Source: Labilithrix sp.
GTDB lineage: Bacteria > Myxococcota_A > Polyangia > Polyangiales > Polyangiaceae
Direction: 5' to 3'
DNA length: 32,000 nucleotides
Assembly (NCBI GenBank): GCA_019637195.1
Contig: JAHBWA010000020.1
Span: 50,032-82,031, forward strand
The notes beneath the pieces are model-generated. The model searched no databases. It was not told where the DNA came from and saw nothing but the letters and a program-made list of their open reading frames with translations. The translations under genes and the position numbers were made by a program. Below are positions 15,449-23,380 of this stretch, piece after piece (the first letter of the stretch is position 1; each line of letters begins with the position of its first letter).

Positions 15449-18031
15449 ATGATGTCTCGAAAGCAAGCAGCCAGCTGGCTCCTACGAGTCAGCGCGTTGC
15501 TGATCACGCTCATTTATCCACTGACAGCGCTCGCGCAGCACGCGACGGGCGCGGCGGAGGGCGGCACGACCCCGCATCACGGCGGCGGCGAGGCGAACCT
15601 CGTCGTCCCGAACCTGGGCGACCCGACCATCGCCAAGTTCATGGGCAACACGCCCGGATCCACCCTGCTGTACGGCGGACTCGTCGTCGCGGCGCTGGGC
15701 ATGGCGTTCGGCTTCATGATCTACACGCAGCTCCGGAACTTGCCGGTGCACAAGTCGATGCTCGAGATCAGCGAGCTGATCTACGAGACCTGCAAGACGT
15801 ACCTCGTCACGCAGGTCAAGTTCATCCTGATCCTCGAGGCGTTCATCGGCGCGATCATCGTCTACTACTTCGGCGTCGCGCAGCATTACTTCGCCGAAGG
15901 CAAGGCGATGAAGGTGGTCATCATCCTCGCGTTCAGCCTCATCGGCATCGCGGGCTCCTGCGCCGTCGCCTGGTTCGGCATCCGCGTGAACACGTTCGCC
16001 AACTCGCGCACGGCGTTCGCCGCGCTCAAGGGCAAGCCGTTCCCCTGCTACGAGATCCCGCTGAAGGCGGGCATGAGCATCGGCATGCTGCTCATCTCGG
16101 TCGAGCTCATCCTGATGCTCGCCATCCTCCTCTTCATCCCCGGCGACTACGCGGGCCCGTGCTTCATCGGCTTCGCCATCGGCGAGTCGCTCGGCGCCTC
16201 GGCGCTGCGCATCGCCGGCGGCATCTTCACGAAGATCGCCGACATCGGGTCGGACCTCATGAAGATCGTCTTCAAGATCAAGGAAGACGACGCGCGTAAC
16301 CCGGGCGTCATCGCCGACTGCACCGGCGACAACGCGGGCGACTCGGTCGGTCCGTCGGCCGACGGCTTCGAGACCTACGGCGTCACCGGCGTCGCGCTCA
16401 TCTCGTTCATCCTCCTCGCGGTCAAGAACCCGACGGTCCAGGTCGAGCTCCTCGTCTGGATCTTCGTCATGCGCATCGTCATGGTCGTCGCGAGCGTCGT
16501 CTCGTACTTCATCAACGACGTGCTCGCGAAGGGCAAGCACGCCAAGGCCGACAAGATGAACTTCGAGCAGCCGCTCACGCAGCTCGTCATCCTGACGTCG
16601 ATCGTCTCGGTCATCCTGACCTTCATCGTCTCGAAGCAGCTCATCCCCGGCATGACCGCCGAGGAGATCGCCGCGGCGCAGCAGGCGGGGCAGATGGTCG
16701 GCATCACCGACCAGAGCCTCTGGTGGAAGCTCTCCGTGATCATCACCTGCGGCACCGCCGCCGGCGCGATCATCCCGGAGCTCATCAAGGTCTTCACGTC
16801 GACCGAGTCGGGACACGTGAAGGAGGTCGTCACCTCCTCGAAGGAGGGCGGCCCGTCGCTCAACATCCTGTCCGGCCTCACCGCCGGCAACTTCAGCGCC
16901 TACTGGATGGGCATCGTGCTCATCTTCCTCATGGGCACCGCGTACATGGTGGCCAAGGAGGGCGTCGGCCAGATCATGATGGTCGGCACGTTCGACCCGT
17001 CCGCGGTCTTCGCCTTCGGCCTCGTCGCCTTCGGCTTCCTCGGCATGGGCCCCGTCACGATCGCGGTCGACTCGTACGGACCGGTCACGGACAACGCGCA
17101 GAGCGTCTACGAGCTCTCCGTCATCGAGGGGATCCCGGACATCAAGTCGATCATCAAGAAGGAGTTCGGCTTCGAGCCCGCCTTCGAGAAGGCGAAGCAC
17201 TACCTCGAGGAGAACGACGGCGCCGGCAACACCTTCAAGGCGACCGCCAAGCCCGTGCTCATCGGCACCGCCGTCGTCGGCGCGACCACGATGATCTTCG
17301 CGATCATCGTCGCCCTGACGGACGGCTTCAGCCAGAACACGGACAAGATCTCCATCCTCTACCCGCCGTTCTTGCTCGGCCTCGTCGCCGGCGGCTCCGT
17401 GATCTACTGGTTCACGGGCGCCTCCACGCAGGCCGTCACGACGGGCGCGTACCGCGCCGTCGAGTTCATCAAGGCGAACATCAAGCTCGAGGGCGTCGAG
17501 AAGGCGTCGATCGAGGACTCGAAGAAGGTCGTCGAGATCTGCACGCTCTACGCGCAGAAGGGGATGTTCAACATCTTCCTCGTCATCTTCTTCAGCACGC
17601 TCGCCTTCGCGTTCTACGACTCGTACTTCTTCATCGGCTACCTGATCGGCATCGCGATCTTCGGCCTCTTCCAGGCGCTCTTCATGGCGAACGCCGGCGG
17701 AGCCTGGGACAACGCGAAGAAGATCGTCGAGGTCGAGCTGAAGGCGAAGGGCACGCCGCTGCACGACGCCACCGTCGTCGGCGACACCGTCGGCGATCCG
17801 TTCAAGGACACGTCGAGCGTCGCGCTCAACCCCGTCATCAAGTTCACGACGCTCTTCGGCCTCCTCGCCGTCGAGCTCGCGGAGCAGATGAAGGACGGCG
17901 GCGGCTCGACCCCGATCGTCCTCGCGGCCGTCTTCTTCGGCCTGTCCTTGGTGTTCGTCTACCGGTCGTTCTACGGCATGCGCATCAACGCCGAGGGCGA
18001 AGAGGGCGAGAAGAAGGAAGCGAAGGCCTGA
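15449..18031 (+). CDS. hppA: Membrane-bound proton-translocating inorganic pyrophosphatase
   Basis: Motifs GGIFTKIADIGSDL, NPGVIADCTGDNAGDSVGPSADGFETY, DSYGPVTDNA, GNTFKATAKP, GGAWDNAKK and VGDTVGDPFKDT, with many TM helices. GGAGAGGA lies about 8 nt upstream of the ATG at 15449. Confidence 0.9.
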   Translation: MMSRKQAASWLLRVSALLITLIYPLTALAQHATGAAEGGTTPHHGGGEANLVVPNLGDPTIAKFMGNTPGSTLLYGGLVVAALGMAFGFMIYTQLRNLPVHKSMLEISELIYETCKTYLVTQVKFILILEAFIGAIIVYYFGVAQHYFAEGKAMKVVIILAFSLIGIAGSCAVAWFGIRVNTFANSRTAFAALKGKPFPCYEIPLKAGMSIGMLLISVELILMLAILLFIPGDYAGPCFIGFAIGESLGASALRIAGGIFTKIADIGSDLMKIVFKIKEDDARNPGVIADCTGDNAGDSVGPSADGFETYGVTGVALISFILLAVKNPTVQVELLVWIFVMRIVMVVASVVSYFINDVLAKGKHAKADKMNFEQPLTQLVILTSIVSVILTFIVSKQLIPGMTAEEIAAAQQAGQMVGITDQSLWWKLSVIITCGTAAGAIIPELIKVFTSTESGHVKEVVTSSKEGGPSLNILSGLTAGNFSAYWMGIVLIFLMGTAYMVAKEGVGQIMMVGTFDPSAVFAFGLVAFGFLGMGPVTIAVDSYGPVTDNAQSVYELSVIEGIPDIKSIIKKEFGFEPAFEKAKHYLEENDGAGNTFKATAKPVLIGTAVVGATTMIFAIIVALTDGFSQNTDKISILYPPFLLGLVAGGSVIYWFTGASTQAVTTGAYRAVEFIKANIKLEGVEKASIEDSKKVVEICTLYAQKGMFNIFLVIFFSTLAFAFYDSYFFIGYLIGIAIFGLFQALFMANAGGAWDNAKKIVEVELKAKGTPLHDATVVGDTVGDPFKDTSSVALNPVIKFTTLFGLLAVELAEQMKDGGGSTPIVLAAVFFGLSLVFVYRSFYGMRINAEGEEGEKKEAKA

Positions 18032-18061
18032 GCGGCTTCGCCACCTTCGGCTGAAACGGCG

Positions 18062-18100
18062 AGGGCCGGCCTCCGCGAGGAGCGCCGGCCCTTTCGCTTC
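18062..18100 (+). terminator. Intrinsic terminator downstream of hppA
   Basis: AGGGCCGGC-CUCC-GCGA-GGAG-(C)-GCCGGCCCU forms a roughly 13-bp stem with a GNRA tetraloop, followed by UUUCGCUUCC. Confidence 0.55.
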
Positions 18101-18119
18101 CATGCCGGCCCGCACCGCG

Positions 18120-18322
18120 CTCGCGCGTCGCGTGAGCGTTCGCGCGTCGCGAGTCGCGCGTCGCGACCGTTCGCGAGTCGCGCGGCGTTCCCGCGTCGCG
18201 TGAGCGTTCGCGCGTCGCGCCGGCGTCGGCACGTCGCGCAGGGCCTCTCGCGTCCACGTCGCGCAGGGCCTCTCGCGTCCACGTCGAGGCCTGGCGGCCT
18301 CCGCGAGGAGCGACGTGCGGCC
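18120..18322. repeat. Mosaic of GC-rich direct and tandem repeats
   Basis: CGCGTCGCGTGAGCGTTCGCGCGTCGCG occurs at about 18126 and again at about 18192. ACGTCGCGCAGGGCCTCTCGCGTCC is in perfect tandem at 18231-18255 and 18256-18280. The terminator loop string GGCCTCCGCGAGGAGCG recurs at about 18296. Confidence 0.8.
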
Positions 18323-18496
18323 TGCGCGTGAGGCCTGGAGGCCTCTCCGCGGCAGGCGCGAGAGCGTCGGGGGTGGATCGCGCGTCCACGTGCGCGCGTG
18401 CGGCGCGTGCAGGCGGGGCAGACGAATCCGCGCGCGGCGGCGCGATGTGGAAACAGTGGTGTTTTATTACAGGGACTTCGTGATACCGGTCACGGC

Positions 18497-20032
18497 ATGT
18501 TCGATGCGAAGCGTCACGCCGCCATGCGAAGCCGGTCCCTCTCCGCCGTCGTGATCTCCAGCCTCGTCGTCGCCGCGTGCTCGGCGCCGGCGCCGTCCTC
18601 GTTCGAGTGGATCGACGAGCCGGCGCTGGAGGTGGCCTCGCGGGACGAGCCGCCGCCGGACGACGAGCTCGAGCACGCGGGCGTGACCGACGTGACCGTC
18701 CCGGATCCGTCGGCCGGAGGCGCGTCGCCGGCGGAGCGCTCGATGGCCAGCGCCGCCGCGCCCACCGCGCCGGTCGTGGCCTTCCTGAACGGGGGCGGGG
18801 GAACGTACACCGCGGGCGTCGACGACGCCGGGCAGCGCGTCTCCTCGGTCCTCAGCTTCTACGGCCGCCGCACCGCGACGGCGCCGCCGACGGGCTACGC
18901 GGGCGCGAGCTGGCAAGAGCTGCTCGGCTGCGTCCGCGAGAAGTTCGCGCGCTACGACGTGACGATCACGGACCAGCGTCCGGCCGGAGCCTTCTCCGAG
19001 ATCGTCGTCACCAACGCGTGGGGCTCGAGCATCCTCGGTCTGTCCAACGCCATCGGCGGGATCGCGCCGCTCGGCGCCTGCCGCGTCGTCCCGCAGGCGG
19101 TCGGGTTCGTGTTCCAGCCTGTCTACGATCGCCCGGGCTACGGCGGCGTCGCCGGCGCGTGCGAGGCCGTGGCCCACGAGCTCGCCCACACGCTCTCGCT
19201 GTCGCACGAGCAGCTCGCGACCGATCTCATGTCGTACGCGCCCGCGAACCCCGCGAAGCGGTTCCAGGACGCCAACGTGGCGTGCGGCGTCTCCGCGCAG
19301 GCGCCGGAGGCGTGCACCTGCGGCGCCGCCACGCAGAACAGCCACCGGCAGCTCCTCTCGATGGTCGGCGCGCGCTCGGCGAGCGGCGGCGCGACGAACC
19401 CGGCGGAGAAGGTCCCGCCCGTCGTCCGCGTCGTCTCGCCGGCGAACGGCGCGAGCGCGACCGGCAACGCGAACGTGACCGTGGCGGTCGACGCGACGGA
19501 CGAGACCGCGCTCGCCGACGTGCGGCTCGTCTGGCAGCAGACCCAGCGCGCGCTCGCCTGCGACGACTCCGTGCAGGGCGTGACGTGCGTGGTGAACGGC
19601 AACCGGCGCACGTGGACGATCTTCGCGGGCACCGGCGCGCGGAGCTTCTACGCGTACGCGATCGACGGCGGCGGGAACACGACCTCGACGCCCCTCGTCA
19701 CGATCTCGCTGACGGGCGCGGCGCCGGACGCGCCGCCGACGGTGGCCGTCCAGCTCCCCGCCGATCGCGCGGTCCTCGCGCGGGGCGCGGCGATCGACTT
19801 TCAGGCGGCCGCCTCCGACGATCGCGCCGTCGCCGACGTCCGCGCGATCTGGACGTTCTCCGGCGGCACGCTCGAGTACCCGATGGCAGAGACGACCACG
19901 CCGGGCGTCTACCGCGCGACGACGACCGTGAGCGCGACGGCAGTTGCCGGCTGGCGCTCGGTCGAGATCGCCGTCGTCGACGACGGCGGCAACCGCACGC
20001 TCTCGCCGAAGCAGTGGGTCTACGTGCAGTGA
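18497..20032 (+). CDS. Metzincin-type zinc metalloprotease lipoprotein with two C-terminal Ig-like repeats
   Basis: ATG at 18497 (alternative at 18524). Lipobox LVVAAC. HELAHTLSLSH has the HExxHxxxxxH spacing, followed by DLMSY (Met-turn candidate). There are two similar roughly 100-aa modules (PPVVRVVSPANGA...DETALADVRLVW and PPTVAVQLPADRA...DDRAVADVRAIW). Confidence 0.8.
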   Translation: MFDAKRHAAMRSRSLSAVVISSLVVAACSAPAPSSFEWIDEPALEVASRDEPPPDDELEHAGVTDVTVPDPSAGGASPAERSMASAAAPTAPVVAFLNGGGGTYTAGVDDAGQRVSSVLSFYGRRTATAPPTGYAGASWQELLGCVREKFARYDVTITDQRPAGAFSEIVVTNAWGSSILGLSNAIGGIAPLGACRVVPQAVGFVFQPVYDRPGYGGVAGACEAVAHELAHTLSLSHEQLATDLMSYAPANPAKRFQDANVACGVSAQAPEACTCGAATQNSHRQLLSMVGARSASGGATNPAEKVPPVVRVVSPANGASATGNANVTVAVDATDETALADVRLVWQQTQRALACDDSVQGVTCVVNGNRRTWTIFAGTGARSFYAYAIDGGGNTTSTPLVTISLTGAAPDAPPTVAVQLPADRAVLARGAAIDFQAAASDDRAVADVRAIWTFSGGTLEYPMAETTTPGVYRATTTVSATAVAGWRSVEIAVVDDGGNRTLSPKQWVYVQ

Positions 20033-20088
20033 TCCGGGCTGAGCGCCGGCGAACCGAGTGATCGTGGCCATAGCGCCGCGGCACTGGC

Positions 20089-20184
20089 CGGGCCGAGTGA
20101 GCCCGGGGCGGAGCGCCGGCCGGGCCGAGTGAGCCCGGGGCGGAGCGCCGGCCGGGCCGAGTGAGCCCGGGGCGAAGCGCCGGC
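20089..20184. repeat. Tandem array, 3 units of 32 bp
   Basis: CGGGCCGAGTGAGCCCGGGGCGGAGCGCCGGC starts at 20089, 20121 and 20153, with one substitution in the third copy. GCCCGG pairs with CCGGGC across unit junctions. Confidence 0.85.
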
Positions 20185-20234
20185 CGGAGCGCTTCCGTGG
20201 TCGCGCGCGCCTCCGGCCGGCTACTCTGGGCGCC

Positions 20235-21035
20235 ATGCGGACGTTTCGCGCTGCGACGCTCAACATCTGGAGCCGCTTCGGACCTTGGGAGGAGCGGCTC
20301 CCGGCCATCAAGAAGGGGCTCGCCGCGCTCGCGCCGGACGTCATCGGCCTGCAGGAGGTCCTCCGCTTCCCGGAGCTCGACCAGGCCAAGCTCGTGAGCG
20401 AGGGCCTCGGCTACGCGATCGCGTGGGGCAAGGCGTCGGAGAACCACGGCTTCCCGACGGGCAACGCCATCCTCTCGCGCTGGCCGATCCTCCGCTCGGA
20501 GGTCTTCCCGCTGCCAAACGGGGGCTTCGACGAGGACCGCTCGCTCCTCTTCGCCGAGCTCGATGCGCCGTTCGGGAAGATCCCGTTCTTCTGCACGCAC
20601 CTCAACTGGAAGTTCCACCACGGACACGTCCGCTGCCTCCAGGTCAAGGCGATCGCGGAGGCCGTGGCGCGGCTCGCGCCGGTCGACGGCGTCTTCCCGC
20701 CGGTCGTCGTCGGGGACTTCAACGCGGAGCCGGAGTCGGACGAGATCCGCTACATGAAGGGCCTCACCGGGCTCGGCGGGCCGTACGTCTACTTCGCAGA
20801 TGCCTTCGGGATCGCGGGCGACGGCTCCGCCGGGGCGACGTTTTCGAAGACGAACCCGTTCGCCGAGCCGATGCGCGAGCCGGAGCGGCGGATCGACTAC
20901 GTCTTCGTCCGCGGTCCGGACGACGCGCAGCGCGGCGAGCCGATCGACGCGCGCGTCTGCTTCGACCAGCCCGTCGACGGGACGTTTCCGAGCGACCACT
21001 TCGGGGTGATCGCGACGATCACCGCGGGGCGCTGA
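20235..21035 (+). CDS. Endonuclease/exonuclease/phosphatase (EEP) family protein
   Basis: Motifs ATLNIWS, IGLQEV, VVGDFNAEPESDE, IDYVFVRG and SDHFGVIATI. Confidence 0.85.
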   Translation: MRTFRAATLNIWSRFGPWEERLPAIKKGLAALAPDVIGLQEVLRFPELDQAKLVSEGLGYAIAWGKASENHGFPTGNAILSRWPILRSEVFPLPNGGFDEDRSLLFAELDAPFGKIPFFCTHLNWKFHHGHVRCLQVKAIAEAVARLAPVDGVFPPVVVGDFNAEPESDEIRYMKGLTGLGGPYVYFADAFGIAGDGSAGATFSKTNPFAEPMREPERRIDYVFVRGPDDAQRGEPIDARVCFDQPVDGTFPSDHFGVIATITAGR

Positions 21036-21062
21036 CGCGCGCGGCGTTCGAGCGCGCGTCAG
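21032..21062. terminator. Perfect 11-bp inverted repeat between convergent genes (possible bidirectional terminator)
   Basis: CTGACGCGCGC (21032-21042) pairs with GCGCGCGTCAG (21052-21062), with a 9-nt loop. The EEP gene stop codon lies in the 5' arm. There is no U-tract. Confidence 0.4.
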
Positions 21063-21078
21063 GAGCGTGCGCGTCCGG

Positions 21079-21531
21079 TCAGTTCGAGAGGCAGATGCCG
21101 CCCAGTCCGCCGCCGCCCGGGATGCCGGCGTCGATCCCGCCGCCGCCGCCGCCGAGCGGGTTGAAGCAGCAGTGCGTGGCGGGGTTGCAGGTCGCGTCGC
21201 AGGGCGCCTGCGCCTGGAGCTCGTTTAACTTCATGAGCGCGGATGCCGGGTCGCAGTCGGGGATGCTACCGCCGCCCGAGCTGCTCGAGGAGGAGCTGGA
21301 GCTCGAGCTGCTCGACGTCGAGCCCGAGGAGCTGGAGCTGCTCGAGGAGCTCGAGCCGGCGTCCGTCGGGCCCGGGTTCGAGGGCGGCGGGAGCGTCGAG
21401 CTCGACTCCTTCTCGGTGGGCTCCCCGGCCCCCTCGGCGCCCGGGATCTCGGAGGCCGACTCCGCGCAGGCGGAGACGACGAGGACGGAGGCGACGAGGC
21501 CCGTGGCGACCAGAGCGTAGGCAGACTTCAT
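21079..21531 (-). CDS. Small lipoprotein with poly-Ser tract and Cys/Gly-rich C-terminus
   Basis: MKSAYALVATGLVASVLVVSAC lipobox. Long Ser run (SSSSSSSSSGSTSSSSSSSSSSSSS), then a module with 6 Cys and Gly runs. Confidence 0.7.
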   Translation of the reverse strand: MKSAYALVATGLVASVLVVSACAESASEIPGAEGAGEPTEKESSSTLPPPSNPGPTDAGSSSSSSSSSSGSTSSSSSSSSSSSSSGGGSIPDCDPASALMKLNELQAQAPCDATCNPATHCCFNPLGGGGGGIDAGIPGGGGLGGICLSN

Positions 21532-21599
21532 CGGGGACTGACGCTAACAAGGAGCTCGGGCTCCGAGCCATCTCCCTCGAGTCTCCCGACGGATCGAGA

Positions 21600-21848
21600 A
21601 TGACGTCCGCGAGGAGAACGAAGCTCGGATGTGCGACTCGGTCATTGATCGTGCCCGTGCTCGGCATGTTTGGGGGTGCGGCGTGCGGTGCGCTTGCTCG
21701 CTCCCGGCACCTCGCCCTGCGTGGCGGCTGCGTGCTGCGCTCGTGGACGTTCGCACCCATCTCCTCCAACGAGTCGCCGACCAAGCGGTCAGCGCCGGCG
21801 GTCCCCTGGCCCCGGTCCGCAGTGCCGCTCGATCTGCCCGATACATGA
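21600..21848 (+). CDS. Possible small hypothetical protein (weak call)
   Basis: ATG at 21600 gives MTSARRTKLGCATRSLIVPVLGMFGGAAC..., which is signal-like. There is no obvious RBS, third-position GC is lower than in core genes, and no family is recognised. Confidence 0.2.
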   Translation: MTSARRTKLGCATRSLIVPVLGMFGGAACGALARSRHLALRGGCVLRSWTFAPISSNESPTKRSAPAVPWPRSAVPLDLPDT

Positions 21849-22519
21849 CGTGTCAGGCGGTCATCTTCGGGAGCCGAGCTTCGGAGGCGGCTCGACGCCG
21901 TGCAGGGCGTCGCGGGCGCAGTGCTCCGCTCTTCGCGACGTCGCTCGCGTGGGCGCCAGGACAGGCGCGATGTTCTGAGCGATGGGATGGTGCCTGGTCG
22001 ACCTCGTGGTGTGCCGTGAGCGCTGACGCCCATTGCCGGGTTCGGTCGCGGTCCAACCGCCGACGTCCAAGTTGTCCAATGGAACTACGTAAGACCATGA
22101 ATCTATTGTGTATATCTGCGTGCCCGATCTTCATTTAAAACGAACTTATGCGGATTTTGACGATTTGGCTTGCGTATCTCCGCACCCGTCAGCTACGAAG
22201 CGCACCATTGGCGATGGCCGCGTGCCGTCGACAGGGGATGAGGGGCTGGCAACGGGGTGATCCATCGTGTTCGCCCCGCAGTCGCGATGCTGACGACCGT
22301 GGAGGGGGGGCGTTGAAGCTGGGAGTGGTAGGCGGATCGCCCCGCGCAACATCGACGCGGTGGAACGATTGCCCGCGGTTCATTCGCGGAGGCTGCTCTC
22401 CGTTGGCGCTGCCTTTGGCGGGGGCATATTCATAGATACTCATCGAGCCAATATCGTGGCGCGCAACGCGATTTATCGGCGACACCCGCATACGGCTGCT
22501 GGGAGTCTGGAGTGCATTC

Positions 22520-23380
22520 GTGATAATTTATCGATCGATCTCGGTTCCCGAGTTGTGGGGCATCTTCATTCTCCCGATTTCTGGACTGCTTGTAGTGGGC
22601 GGCGGCGCATGTGACGGCAGCGGCGCACGCGGTGGTCCGCGCCGCGCGCGACCGGACCAGATCCCCGAACAGGTGGCGATCAACGAAGGAACGTCGACCT
22701 ACGGATTCTTCATCTCTCGCGACCGGAGGCCGCTCGACGTAGGCGCGTTCCGTGTCGCAAAGCGGCCGGTCACGGTCGCTCAGTACAACGAGTGCGTCGC
22801 CGCTGGAGCTTGCTCCGGCGCCGTTGAGAACGCGTGCATCGGCGTCGAGGACGGGCTGCGTGATGCGCTTGCCGGTCGGACCCAGGGCAGCGACGCAGAC
22901 GAAGCGATACCGATGACCTGTGTCGGGGTGAGGCAAGCCCAGGCCTACTGCGGCTGGGTCGGCGGCGCGTTGCCGACGATCTCGCAGTGGTTGACCGCCG
23001 CTCGCGGGCGCGAGGTCGCGCGATTTTCGTGGGGCAATACGCTTCCGCGTTGCGAGCAGCATCCCGCAGTCACCCATTCGGTGATCGGCGGACCATGCGC
23101 CGAATCCCAAGACCAGACCTTTGCCGTCGGGCGCCACGTCGCCGGCACATCGCCGCTTGGTGTCGAAGACGTCTTGCTGGCTTCAGGTGAGCTTATTGCG
23201 CCGTCCTCTGACTCGCCGGTCTCTGCGTGTGCGGCACCGTTTCCGGCCTGTGTTGCCTACGGCGTTCGGCCTGGGGCGATCGACAGCGTCGAGGCACTCG
23301 ACGGCGTCGACACCGAAGCCGGTGAGCGGAGCCGACAAGCCTATGCCTTCCGGTGCGCCTTCCCCGGAGACTCCAAATGA
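22520..23380 (+). CDS. FGE-sulfatase (SUMF1/EgtB/PvdO-type) domain protein
   Basis: GTG at 22520. A hydrophobic N-terminus ends GGGAC. Motifs FRVAKRPVTVAQYNECV, MTCVGVRQAQAYCGWVGGALPTISQWLTAARG, FSWGN, GVEDVL and a terminal YAFRCAF, typical of this fold. The stop overlaps the next start (ATGA). Confidence 0.75.
   Translation: MIIYRSISVPELWGIFILPISGLLVVGGGACDGSGARGGPRRARPDQIPEQVAINEGTSTYGFFISRDRRPLDVGAFRVAKRPVTVAQYNECVAAGACSGAVENACIGVEDGLRDALAGRTQGSDADEAIPMTCVGVRQAQAYCGWVGGALPTISQWLTAARGREVARFSWGNTLPRCEQHPAVTHSVIGGPCAESQDQTFAVGRHVAGTSPLGVEDVLLASGELIAPSSDSPVSACAAPFPACVAYGVRPGAIDSVEALDGVDTEAGERSRQAYAFRCAFPGDSK

Noticed and set aside
15482-18232. 916-aa minus-strand ORF antisense to hppA, and similar cases at 18467..20389, 19698..20999, 30166..31596 and 22430..23137
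   Set aside because: The same shadow-ORF artefact. Each overlaps a gene with clear family motifs on the other strand, and each has a low-complexity R/D/E/G/A composition.
21540-22520. tRNA gene, integrase or att direct repeat at the putative island boundary
   Set aside because: I scanned by eye for T-arm GGTTCGA.TCC-type motifs and recombinase-like ORFs and found none, so no mobile element is annotated.
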